From: an uncultured virus (IMG/VR IMGVR_UViG_3300013121_000043)
Lineage: Duplodnaviria > Heunggongvirae > Uroviricota > Caudoviricetes
Strand: one strand, 5' to 3'
DNA length: 60,303 nucleotides
Virus record (IMG/VR): IMGVR_UViG_3300013121_000043
Every line of letters begins with the position of its first letter. Position 1 is the first letter of the stretch. Of the stretch, positions 36,548 to 45,928 are shown in pieces. A program made the translations under genes and the position numbers. Under the pieces are notes generated by a model. That model worked only from the letters and a program-made list of their open reading frames with translations, was not told the DNA's origin and did no database searches.

Positions 36548-39157
36548 ATGAGCTTCTGCCTGGGAATTAACCTGAGCCTGACCGGCCTGAATAACAGGCT
36601 TAGCCCGTCACTTCCCCTTCTCCTCGACGACTATAGTGGGGCGGCAGCGGCGTATTCGTTACGTAAGTTGCGAGCGGCGTACTATGGCCCGGCCATTCGC
36701 GTTCGTCGTTCAAGTGACAACGCGGAGTTAGATATAGGTTTTGTTGAGGAAGACCTCGACACGGCAACGTTGTTGGCTTACTGCGGGGCGAATAGTGGGT
36801 ATGTTGTTACTTGGTACGACCAATCGGGGAATGGTCGAAACGCTACGCAGGCATCCAGCACGTTGCAACCCAGGATTGTGAATGCTGGGAGTTTGGAGAC
36901 AAAAAACGGAAAGCCTGCTGTTTATGCGGATGGTAGCAATGACTATTGGGAATCGACTGTATCGGGAGTTAATTCGTTTGCAAACCTATCGTGGTTCGGC
37001 GTTCTTTCTCCCGTGAATGCCGCAGCAGCAGACACCACAACTTTTTACGGCTGGTGTTTGGGATACACCAACTCTCGTCATCTGGGAGTCAACGGTGCTA
37101 CCGCTGCTTTCGTCGGCGAAAAGATTACTGTTATTTTTAATAACGGTGCGTCTGGCCGACTGGGATCATCAGGTTATTCGCGAACAGCGAATACACAAGT
37201 ATTGCTGTCGTCGTTTCACCTAACTTCAGGTACGTCCATTTTTCAAAATAGTGCATCCATCACATTAGACCTGTCATCAGGGATGACGACGGCAACCAAT
37301 GCGGGACCACTAGCCGCAGGATATACGACAGATGATCTGCTGGTGATTAGTGCGCTTAGAGGGTCATTGCCCACCAACTACATTGTCAGTCCAGCCTGTT
37401 ACCGTCAAGAAGACATCTTTTGGGGTAGTGACCAATCTGCCAACCGTGTAGCTATCGAAACGGATATCAACTCCTACTGGGAAGTCTACGGTCCCTACGC
37501 TAACTCCTGGGATGGTACGCAAACCTCGCTTCTTGACACCTACACAACTGCCGCCGTAGCCTACTCCCTGCGTGCCCTGAATTCCGGGTACACAGGGCCA
37601 CTCATCCGAGTTCGTCGTAGTTCCGACAACGCGGAGCAAGACGTCTATGCTCTCGCTAATGGGGATCTAGATACAACCCGCCTACTTGCCTTCGTCGGGG
37701 CAGGAAGCGGTTACATCACCACATGGTACGACCAGTCAGGAAACACACGACATCTTCTCCAGGCCACGGCAGGCAACCAACCTCGTGTCGTCAACGCCGG
37801 CGTTTTGGAGTTATCCAATAGCAACAAGGCTGCGGTCAACTTCTATAGCACTTCCCAGGTGATGTCGGCGGCATTTACGTCCATCGCCCAACCTATTAGC
37901 GTACTTACCACCTGCCGGTCCCCCTCCACATTGGGAGCTACTTCGCAGAATATCTTCGACTCCTTGTCGGCGAGTGAGTTCTCCCTGTATGTAAATATCG
38001 GGACAACCTCTCTGTACTTGAAGTCTGGTGGCACCGCCCTTCTCAACTCCAACATGTCGGCGGGCACTCAGTTCTCGAACTTCTCCCTGTTTAATAATCC
38101 GGGAACAGAATGGCTTAGCCTTATCAACGAGGTCGAGGTTTCCACGGCGGTGAGTGCGGGTGGCAACCAACTCACTAACGGTATCACTCTTGGGAAAAAC
38201 CGTCTTGCGGCCAACCCGTGGCTAGGTAGTATTTCGGAATTTATTGCCTGGCCTAGCAACAAGTCTGCCAGCCGTTCCGCACTTATTGCCAACAGTAATA
38301 CTTACTGGGATTCCTTTGGTCCCTATGCTAACTCGTGGAATGGCACACAGACTTCCTTACTCGACACCTATACCGGGGCGGCTGCGGCTTACTCTCTACG
38401 CGCCCTCAACTCTCTGTATACAGGCCCGTTGATTCGCATCCGACGTAGTTCGGATAATGCAGAACTCGACATTTATGCCCTGGCCAATGGGGATCTAGAC
38501 ACAACGCGGTTGTTGGCTTTTGTGGGGTCTAATAGCGCCTATGTCACAAGGTGGTACGACCAGAGTGGCAACGGCAGGAATGCGGTCAACGCTACGACAA
38601 CACAACAGCCACCCATTGTCTCTAGTGGCACGTTATACACGATAAACGGTAAGCCTGCGATGTATGGCAATGGTTCTACGGCTTATGGGATAAAGGCGTC
38701 GTTTACAACCGCCAATTATCCCTTTACCGTCATAGGCGTTTGTGAACCGGCATCACTTACAAATAATTACTTGTGCGGTATAGGTCGGAGCGACACCGAT
38801 ACGACTTACCATACCTTGTATTTCGCAAGTTCCACAGCAGTTTTGCAAACGAGGACAGCGGCAGACGGTGGAGATAACGCCTCTGTGTCAGCGACGGTTT
38901 TGCAACCGTATCTGTTGTTTGGCTACGCTCCCGCCAGCAACAACCGCAACATAGCCGCGAATGGTGGAAGCGTTGGAACGAATACAGCAGACAAGGCAGG
39001 TCCAAATCCATCAGACCAATTATGGCTAGGCAGGCTACGAAACGGATCCATCTATTTCAATGGCAAATACTCGGAGATGCTACTTTGGCATTCCGACGAA
39101 TCTGCCGGCCGCACCGCCATCGAAGCGGACATCAACACTTATTGGAGTATCTACTAA
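36548..39157 (+). CDS. Spike/fibre protein with three tandem ConA-like (arabinofuranosidase-B-catalytic-like) domains
   Basis: Three copies of AAAYSLR.L...Y.GP.IRVRRSSDNAE.DI...LD...VxxWYDQSGN.R. Confidence 0.8.
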   Translation: MSFCLGINLSLTGLNNRLSPSLPLLLDDYSGAAAAYSLRKLRAAYYGPAIRVRRSSDNAELDIGFVEEDLDTATLLAYCGANSGYVVTWYDQSGNGRNATQASSTLQPRIVNAGSLETKNGKPAVYADGSNDYWESTVSGVNSFANLSWFGVLSPVNAAAADTTTFYGWCLGYTNSRHLGVNGATAAFVGEKITVIFNNGASGRLGSSGYSRTANTQVLLSSFHLTSGTSIFQNSASITLDLSSGMTTATNAGPLAAGYTTDDLLVISALRGSLPTNYIVSPACYRQEDIFWGSDQSANRVAIETDINSYWEVYGPYANSWDGTQTSLLDTYTTAAVAYSLRALNSGYTGPLIRVRRSSDNAEQDVYALANGDLDTTRLLAFVGAGSGYITTWYDQSGNTRHLLQATAGNQPRVVNAGVLELSNSNKAAVNFYSTSQVMSAAFTSIAQPISVLTTCRSPSTLGATSQNIFDSLSASEFSLYVNIGTTSLYLKSGGTALLNSNMSAGTQFSNFSLFNNPGTEWLSLINEVEVSTAVSAGGNQLTNGITLGKNRLAANPWLGSISEFIAWPSNKSASRSALIANSNTYWDSFGPYANSWNGTQTSLLDTYTGAAAAYSLRALNSLYTGPLIRIRRSSDNAELDIYALANGDLDTTRLLAFVGSNSAYVTRWYDQSGNGRNAVNATTTQQPPIVSSGTLYTINGKPAMYGNGSTAYGIKASFTTANYPFTVIGVCEPASLTNNYLCGIGRSDTDTTYHTLYFASSTAVLQTRTAADGGDNASVSATVLQPYLLFGYAPASNNRNIAANGGSVGTNTADKAGPNPSDQLWLGRLRNGSIYFNGKYSEMLLWHSDESAGRTAIEADINTYWSIY

Positions 39158-39567
39158 TGCTCTACCTTGCACTTCCAACCGTCCAGGCTCATCAACTCAC
39201 CGAGGCTCTGTGGCTTCTGACACGACCCGCTCACGTTCGTAATCCCAGCGACGTGACCAACGCCTACTGTGGCGTCCTCGATCATCCTTCCAACGGTACA
39301 TCCTGTCTTGTCCTTCCCGAGCAAGACGACGTTCCCATCCATCTCGAAGTCGCTCCCCAACGTATCGGCGAAGTTCTCGCTCCTTTCGTTGCAAGTGGCA
39401 ACCTCACCGTGGACCAACTTAACGAGATCGGGGCCAAGGTGATGGCGAAGGTGGGCCAGAGGGCCAACCTCTTTGAGTTCATGCCGGAAGCGTGGCAAGG
39501 CCAGGTCATGACAGAAGAACAAGCCAGAACGGCGGGCTACCTGCCACCTCTGGAACTGGAACCGTAA
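39157..39567 (+). CDS. Spike/fibre-associated small protein (copy 1)
   Basis: TAATG coupling to the upstream gene; 136 aa; nearly identical to 53996..54409. Confidence 0.8.
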   Translation: MLYLALPTVQAHQLTEALWLLTRPAHVRNPSDVTNAYCGVLDHPSNGTSCLVLPEQDDVPIHLEVAPQRIGEVLAPFVASGNLTVDQLNEIGAKVMAKVGQRANLFEFMPEAWQGQVMTEEQARTAGYLPPLELEP

Positions 39568-39583
39568 CCACCGTGAGGTTTAC

Positions 39584-41251
39584 GTGAGCTTCTGCCTGGC
39601 TATTAATTTGAGCCTGACAAGCCCGCAGTACGAGCTTGATCCGCCGCTGCTCCTGGATACTTACTCGGGAGCAGCGGCGGCGTATTCGTTACGTAAACTG
39701 CGGCTGGGACAGCAGTATGCCGTTCGCGTGCGTCGCTCCAGCGACAATGCCGAGCAAGATATCGGGTTTGCCAAAGAAGACCTGGATATAGCTTCTTTGA
39801 TGAACTTTGTTGGAAGCGGAAGTGGTTATGTAACAACGTGGTATGACCAGAGCGGTAACAATCGGCACCAAACACAAGCTACAGCAGGAAATCAGCTGGC
39901 AATTGTGACAGCAGGCGTCTACGAAGGCGGGCTGACAATGCCGGGCAGTATCTCCTACACGGCAAACTTCAGCCAACCCTGCTGGATGTTTATGGTGGCT
40001 ACCTGGACCGACTCCGCCCAGTCAACATTATTAAACGACAACGTCCTAGGCGGTTACATCTATCGCAGCATAGCAACCAACGAAGTAACGGGCTATTTTG
40101 GGGCTTATCTGAGTACGGCCAGGCCTCTTGGTATGGGCGCAGGGAGGCAGATTGTTACCTACCATGCTAATGGAGCCAACTCCTACGTTAAACATCAAAA
40201 TACAGGCTGGTCTACGTCCAGAAATGGAAACAGTGGAACTAATTCGTTCCGACCTTCCCTGGTAACTGGAAACGGTAAGCGCTACGAAATTGTTTATTTT
40301 CCTACAGTTACCGATCAGGATGGTATTGAAGCGAATATTAATAAATACTGGGGAGTATACGACACACCCTACGAGGATTCCTGGAATGGCACACAAAGCT
40401 CATTGTTAGATACTTACTCCAACGCGGCCGCCGCTTACTCGTTACGCGCCCTTAACTCTCAATACAAGGGTCCTTTAATCCGCGTTCGTCGTAGTTCTGA
40501 TAACTCTGAGCAAAATATTTTCGCCCTCGCCAGCGGGGATCTGGACATAGCTCGGCTGCTGACTTTTGTCGGAGCCGGTAGCGGTTATGTAACAACGTGG
40601 TACGACCAATCGGGGAATGGTCGCAACGCGACGCAGGCTACAAGCACAAAACAGTTTCGCATCGTCGATACTGGTGTGTTGGAGACATATGACGGGAAGC
40701 CGTGTCTTAGCTACGTTTCGACCGCAGAGCTGTACTACGCGGTAAACCAGGCCCAGCCTGTCTGGATGGTGGGTGTAGTTGAGGTAGACTCCGCCTCTAC
40801 CGCAGGAACTAACCGCCCTGTACTGAGTGGCCTAACGGGACTGATGGTTTACCTGGGGTCAGGAGGTGCGTCAGGCGTAACTCTCTATTCTGGCGCCAAC
40901 TATCTTGGTACAGGGGCACAGTCCTGTACAAATCAAAGACTCATTATCACAGCAATTGGGAATGCTACCTCTTCCTATATCGGCTTGCGTCGGGCTAATG
41001 GTAATAAGTTTGAAAATACGGGCAACGCTGGCACAGGGGCAGTGCGGGCCTACGGACTGGCCAGTGGGTCAAGTTCATGGCCTGCTAACAGACGCATGGA
41101 AGCAATTTTTTGGACATCTGAGGTAGACCTGATAGGAGTGGAGCTCAACATCAATTCGTACTGGAACGTCTATACCCCTGTTGTCTTAAACGCCCTTAAC
41201 TTCACAGCCTCGGCTAATTCGCAATACACTTCCCTCGGAGGTCTTCCCTGA
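39584..41251 (+). CDS. Spike/fibre protein with two ConA-like domains
   Basis: Same repeat twice; N-terminal MSFCLAINLSLT as in 36548. Confidence 0.8.
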   Translation: MSFCLAINLSLTSPQYELDPPLLLDTYSGAAAAYSLRKLRLGQQYAVRVRRSSDNAEQDIGFAKEDLDIASLMNFVGSGSGYVTTWYDQSGNNRHQTQATAGNQLAIVTAGVYEGGLTMPGSISYTANFSQPCWMFMVATWTDSAQSTLLNDNVLGGYIYRSIATNEVTGYFGAYLSTARPLGMGAGRQIVTYHANGANSYVKHQNTGWSTSRNGNSGTNSFRPSLVTGNGKRYEIVYFPTVTDQDGIEANINKYWGVYDTPYEDSWNGTQSSLLDTYSNAAAAYSLRALNSQYKGPLIRVRRSSDNSEQNIFALASGDLDIARLLTFVGAGSGYVTTWYDQSGNGRNATQATSTKQFRIVDTGVLETYDGKPCLSYVSTAELYYAVNQAQPVWMVGVVEVDSASTAGTNRPVLSGLTGLMVYLGSGGASGVTLYSGANYLGTGAQSCTNQRLIITAIGNATSSYIGLRRANGNKFENTGNAGTGAVRAYGLASGSSSWPANRRMEAIFWTSEVDLIGVELNINSYWNVYTPVVLNALNFTASANSQYTSLGGLP

Positions 41252-42549
41252 TGACAACAATCCCCATAGTAGACGGCAACAGCGCGCTGAAGTACTTCGA
41301 TACGGAGGGGTCAGGCACGTCCGGTAACCCCTATCGGAGTCGGGTTGTAGTTGCCGCCGTGGGCGACGGCGCCTCGGCTGATCCGTTTTCTCGTCTGCGT
41401 ATCGCTGGGCCGGGATATCGCTTTGACTCCCAGCTCACCTATACCGTAGACAGCGACCTGTGGGATACCTCCGCAACCGGAGCTTCCACTGTGGCCCACG
41501 ATGCTACCGAAAGACTGGCCACCCTTACCGCAGGTGGAGGTGCCACCGATACAGCTATCCTGCAGAGCCATTACCACGCTCCCTACACGCCGGGACGAGG
41601 TCAATTAGTTTTTATCACCGGCGTTTTTGGTTCCACCCCGGCGGCGGGTACAACCCGACGTATGGGTTATTTTGACGGTACGAACGGTGTCTACCTCGAA
41701 CAGACCTCTGCGGCTGTCAACCTCGTCCTCAAGAGTGGCACGGCGCTCGGTACTCAAACCGTAGCTCAGGCCAGCTGGAACATTGACCCTTTGACCGGCT
41801 CTGGGGTTAGTGGTATCACCCTGGATCTCACCAAGACGCATATTCTGGTCATTGATATGCAGGCCCTGTACGTGGGACGGGTTCGCGTGGGCTTCGACAT
41901 AGGTGGCGTCATTGTCTACGCCCACCAATTTACCCACGCCAACTCCGCCGCCGGTCCCTATATCCAGGTCGCTTCTCTTCCTGTTCGTTATGAAATCAGC
42001 AAGACTTCGGGAGCAGGTACGGCCACGCTTAAGGCGGTATGCGCCACGGTTATCTCCGAGGGCGGTGACTCGCTGTTCGATATGGATGGCCGGGTCTTCT
42101 CAGCTGGTAACGGCACTAGCTCCATCGGTGTCACCACGCGACGACCTGTCTTCTCCATCCAGGTTCGCAATCAACTCAACTCCATCAACAACGTCGGCCT
42201 TATCATCCCCAAGAGCCTGGAAGTGCTGGTACGAACGAATGATTGCTATCTGGAAATCGTTCGTAACGGTACGCTCACAGGAGCTTCCTTCGCCGCCGTC
42301 AACACGACCAGAAGTCTCGCCAATTTCGACGTGGCGGCCAACGCCATCAGTGGTGGAGATGTCATCTTCTCCACCTATGTTCCCGCCTCGGCCCAGGCCC
42401 GCACCGGAGATGCCCGTGACCTTGGCGGCAAGGTGGCCATGGCTTACTCTCACCTCCTGGGCGTCGCAGACACACTCTCCGTGGTGGCCACGTCCCGAAC
42501 TGGCACCTCGGACGTCCATGCCTCGTTGGTATGGAAAGAGATTCGCTAG
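41251..42549 (+). CDS. Beta-rich virion structural protein
   Basis: DPFSRLRI, YTPGRGQL, WNIDPLTGSG.SG.TLDLTK and VGRVRVGF motifs typical of phage structural lectin-like proteins. Confidence 0.7.
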   Translation: MTTIPIVDGNSALKYFDTEGSGTSGNPYRSRVVVAAVGDGASADPFSRLRIAGPGYRFDSQLTYTVDSDLWDTSATGASTVAHDATERLATLTAGGGATDTAILQSHYHAPYTPGRGQLVFITGVFGSTPAAGTTRRMGYFDGTNGVYLEQTSAAVNLVLKSGTALGTQTVAQASWNIDPLTGSGVSGITLDLTKTHILVIDMQALYVGRVRVGFDIGGVIVYAHQFTHANSAAGPYIQVASLPVRYEISKTSGAGTATLKAVCATVISEGGDSLFDMDGRVFSAGNGTSSIGVTTRRPVFSIQVRNQLNSINNVGLIIPKSLEVLVRTNDCYLEIVRNGTLTGASFAAVNTTRSLANFDVAANAISGGDVIFSTYVPASAQARTGDARDLGGKVAMAYSHLLGVADTLSVVATSRTGTSDVHASLVWKEIR

Positions 42550-42566
42550 TTCTAGGGAACAAGGTC

Positions 42567-42959
42567 ATGCTTTACTTACAGGTTTTCCAGGAAACAGCCC
42601 AACCCCTTGTGCAGGCCATGTACGCCCTGGGGCAGGGCCCTGTTGGACCAAATCTCAACTCCGAGATACTTGAGGTCATCAGTCATCCAACCAACGAGAC
42701 CCTGGCCTGCGTGGTCTTTCCGGATCACGGAACCAACAATCTCGCCATCCATCCTTTTCCTGACGTGGCCCCGTTTCTGTCTTTACTGGCAATCCTGGTC
42801 CAGCGTGGCAGTATCACGCAGGACGAGATGGATGCGCTGGGACAGTCCGTGACAGGGCACAGGGGCCACATGGTTGGACCTGCAAACTTTATCCCGACGA
42901 GCTGGCGGCCGTTTTTGTTAACCCTGGAACAGGCCAGAGACGCCGGCTTTGGTGTATGA
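42567..42959 (+). CDS. Diverged paralogue of the spike-associated small protein
   Basis: MLYL...AQ.L..A...HPTN.T...V.P....IH...G..T..F.P..W....T.EQAR.AG pattern. Confidence 0.7.
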   Translation: MLYLQVFQETAQPLVQAMYALGQGPVGPNLNSEILEVISHPTNETLACVVFPDHGTNNLAIHPFPDVAPFLSLLAILVQRGSITQDEMDALGQSVTGHRGHMVGPANFIPTSWRPFLLTLEQARDAGFGV

Positions 42960-43035
42960 CTAACTGCGCTTTACGTGTGAATTTTAAGCCGGCGCCCGTG
43001 GTAGAACCGAAGATCGGATACAACCGAGGTGTGGT

Positions 43036-44532
43036 ATGCCCCCACAACACGTCCTACACTATCTGCTCAAGCAGGCCCAGGGACTGCTATCGGACACTGG
43101 TAGCGGGCGGCAGCCGTTTACCACGCCAACCCGCCCCGCCTGGATGCCAGCCCCGCCCAAAGGAAACAAGCTGCTTGAGACTACCACCAGCAGCGTCGTG
43201 GGGAACATCAACCGTACCAGTAACGTGGCCGCACATACACCGCAAAACGCAACTAAACCAACCCTGCCGCAGCCCTGGTACCCCCAGACCGGCGGACGTA
43301 ACTTCTTACAGACCCTGCACTACTATACTAGCCAACGCCCGCTTGAACTATTAGGTCCCGGTGGCTACTATCCAGGAGCCAAGGTCCCGTTTGAAACACC
43401 TGCGCCACACGAGGCCGGCAAGTTTTCCTTTCTTCCTCCGCGTCCCGATGCTTCCAACAAGCCCGATCTCCTGATCAACAAGGACCGGACCTCTGGTTTT
43501 ATTCCTTACGCCAAGGAGTACGCAAAGCACGATATCCAGAACATCCAGCAAAATCTTCCCTACGACATCAACTCGCGCTCCCGTGTCGTCCCCTCTCAGT
43601 ACACGTCGACCTTTCCCTACGCCCATGAAGATCCGTTCCAGCAACAGGCGGACAAACAGCTCGTCCAGAGAATGTTTCAGCACGCGCGAAAACCACTGCT
43701 GTTTGATCCCAAAGACCATGGAGCCCAGTGGTCGGTGACCAGCGGGCGTGCCTTTTCCGACGACAATATCGATACCTACATCCACGAGCTGACGCACGGC
43801 CTGGGAGCATCCCAGGGGCTGTCTCCCAAGCCGCCTGTACCACGGGCCGACTACAAGCAGGTACGCCGCCAAGACTCGGGAGCCACGGCCCATACCTATT
43901 CTCCCCTGAGCGAGCTACCCGCCATGCTGGCAGGCAATATTACCCAGCTCAAGGCCAACGAAATGGCGGCCAACGCCCGCCAGCAGACCACCTTGCCCAT
44001 GGCCCTGATGGGCAGTCTGGGTCTTCCTGGCAACTCCATTGCCAGCACCGCCAGTACTGTGGGCTCCCTACCAGGCCAGGCGATGCTGGCCCAGCCTAAT
44101 CCCGCGCTCCTGCACGGGGACAAGATGCAGCGGCATGGTCATCACGAGCTACATCCATTACAGATTGGCGCGCCCGACTATCAAAACTATCGCTACAGAT
44201 ACTCGGAGCCCATGCTCGATACCTCGCAGTACTTTCCGCCAGAACCGTTCCCTGTGCACAAAAAACATAACAACTTTCCCACGCTGTTAAACCCTGAGGT
44301 AGCCAAGGATTACGCCATGCACGGTATTCATCGACCCCACTACGTACCCAGCTACGCGCGGGAAGATCCAGACACCGTACCTCCCTACATCCAGGCACTG
44401 CGGCATACCTACAACCAGGCACACAAGACAAACTATTTCACGCCACGAAACTACGACGATACCCTGAACATCTATCCGGCCATGCAGGGAGTTCTACCAA
44501 TCATGGCCCAGTCATCGACCTATACCCGGTAA
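43036..44532 (+). CDS. Putative virion protein with HExxH zincin motif
   Basis: Leader ends in LKQA; YIHELTHG at 43777-43800; downstream SELPA. Confidence 0.6.
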   Translation: MPPQHVLHYLLKQAQGLLSDTGSGRQPFTTPTRPAWMPAPPKGNKLLETTTSSVVGNINRTSNVAAHTPQNATKPTLPQPWYPQTGGRNFLQTLHYYTSQRPLELLGPGGYYPGAKVPFETPAPHEAGKFSFLPPRPDASNKPDLLINKDRTSGFIPYAKEYAKHDIQNIQQNLPYDINSRSRVVPSQYTSTFPYAHEDPFQQQADKQLVQRMFQHARKPLLFDPKDHGAQWSVTSGRAFSDDNIDTYIHELTHGLGASQGLSPKPPVPRADYKQVRRQDSGATAHTYSPLSELPAMLAGNITQLKANEMAANARQQTTLPMALMGSLGLPGNSIASTASTVGSLPGQAMLAQPNPALLHGDKMQRHGHHELHPLQIGAPDYQNYRYRYSEPMLDTSQYFPPEPFPVHKKHNNFPTLLNPEVAKDYAMHGIHRPHYVPSYAREDPDTVPPYIQALRHTYNQAHKTNYFTPRNYDDTLNIYPAMQGVLPIMAQSSTYTR

Positions 44533-44539
44533 CCTTCCG

Positions 44540-44553
44540 GTTATACTACAGGT
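44540..44553 (+). promoter_or_regulatory. Putative late-type promoter
   Basis: GTTATACTACAGGT. Confidence 0.55.
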
Positions 44554-44593
44554 AGACTTTCTCTCTTTCCTATCCTCCAGCCGCCAGGTTGTC

Positions 44594-45202
44594 ATGCAAG
44601 AATTGCAAACTGCACTGCTCGCAGCAGTGGTGGCTCTGGTTACTGCGCTCACACCACTATTACATCGCTGGCTCAAGAGCTGGCTGGATAGCGATACACG
44701 CAGCCTACGTCGTCATGTATGTGGTTTTGAACAGATTGCCATGCTCTATCGTCTCTTTCAGTCCCTCAGCAACCTGCCTTACGTGGGTCGAGTCCTCATC
44801 CTGGTAGGCCACAACTGCGGTGGACCACCACGACCCGACGAGCCCTACTGGGTGCGCGGCCTGCACGGTATGGCACCGGACGACAAGCCAGATCCCACGG
44901 AACGCTACGGTTTTGACATGCCCGTGGACGCTGCCTACGTCAGAACCCTGCTGCAGATGATTCAAAAAGGCAGCTACGAGTTCCACACCGAAAGTAATGT
45001 CGACAAAAACAGCAAGCTGGCGCGGCTGTACCGGGAGGAAGGGATCAAGCACAGCATCCTCTATTTTTTACAGATCAGCGAGAACAGGTTGCTCTATTTT
45101 TCCGTGGCCCGCTACGACGACCCGGCGTTTAGCGAAGACGAAAAAACGGAAATCGAACACTGGGTGGACCGGTTACGAGCCTTCTTACGTCAGAACAACT
45201 GA
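44594..45202 (+). CDS. N-terminal TM protein with globular (GAF-like?) domain
   Basis: 202 aa with one N-terminal TM helix. Confidence 0.65.
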   Translation: MQELQTALLAAVVALVTALTPLLHRWLKSWLDSDTRSLRRHVCGFEQIAMLYRLFQSLSNLPYVGRVLILVGHNCGGPPRPDEPYWVRGLHGMAPDDKPDPTERYGFDMPVDAAYVRTLLQMIQKGSYEFHTESNVDKNSKLARLYREEGIKHSILYFLQISENRLLYFSVARYDDPAFSEDEKTEIEHWVDRLRAFLRQNN

Positions 45203-45212
45203 GGAACGGTCC

Positions 45213-45368
45213 ATGAACTGGCAAGAACGACTCAAACAGTGGTGGGCAGAAAAGCTACCGTTCTGGGCTCAGGAGCTACTATCCATCCTGCTTGTCACCG
45301 TGGTCATCGGGGCCTGTCTTGCTTTTTTATACATGCTGCTGATGCCGTTTCTGAAGCTGTTGGGTTAA
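45213..45368 (+). CDS. Small membrane protein
   Basis: GAGGA RBS; 51 aa with a long hydrophobic segment. Confidence 0.6.
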   Translation: MNWQERLKQWWAEKLPFWAQELLSILLVTVVIGACLAFLYMLLMPFLKLLG

Positions 45369-45433
45369 ACCCTGGATAAACAGTGACGCCTTAGAATAAA
45401 GGCAGTTCTGCTTTTCGGAGGAGGTCGCCCATC

Positions 45434-45694
45434 ATGTCTTCACGACAGCAAACCCTGACCGGCCTGGATGCTCCTGCGCATCACGCCGCCGCCGTTACCC
45501 CCCATGACAGTAATGATCTGACCAACGACGCCCGTGGTCTGTACGTCGGCGGCGATGGCAACATCGTCCTTATCACCACCGGCGGTAACGAGGTCACTTT
45601 CTCCAACGCCAAGGCTGGAAGCATCTTGCCGATACGTACGGCCCGGGTCAAGGCCACCGGAACAACGGCCACTAACCTCGTCGCCCTGTGGTAA
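45434..45694 (+). CDS. Head-spike base protein (RcGTA Rcc01079-like)
   Basis: PA.HA.AVTP.DS.DL....RGLYVGG.GN......G..VTF....AG.ILPIR..RV.ATGTTAT.LVALW. Confidence 0.85.
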   Translation: MSSRQQTLTGLDAPAHHAAAVTPHDSNDLTNDARGLYVGGDGNIVLITTGGNEVTFSNAKAGSILPIRTARVKATGTTATNLVALW

Positions 45695-45700
45695 CCCACC

Positions 45701-45928
45701 ATGCAACTGATCCACCTCGGAACCACCCTACAGTCCGTCTTTGGTCTTCTGGATGACAGTGGCAATGTCGTCCAGCACTTCACACTGTCGCCCAACGAAG
45801 GTAAGCCGCTGACCGTGTTCTCGCCTGAAGTTGTGGGCAAGGCGTTCCAGGAACTGGTCGCCGGGAAAGAAAGGCTCGCAGAACAATGCCAGGCGCAGTT
45901 ACCGTCGTCCGTAGACTCCGCGACCTGA
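45701..45928 (+). CDS. Small hypothetical protein
   Basis: 75 aa, in operon context. Confidence 0.55.
   Translation: MQLIHLGTTLQSVFGLLDDSGNVVQHFTLSPNEGKPLTVFSPEVVGKAFQELVAGKERLAEQCQAQLPSSVDSAT

Noticed and set aside
36548..39157. Calling the repeats active alpha-L-arabinofuranosidases
   Set aside because: Only the N-terminal fold signature matches; catalytic residues cannot be identified, and the context suggests binding modules.
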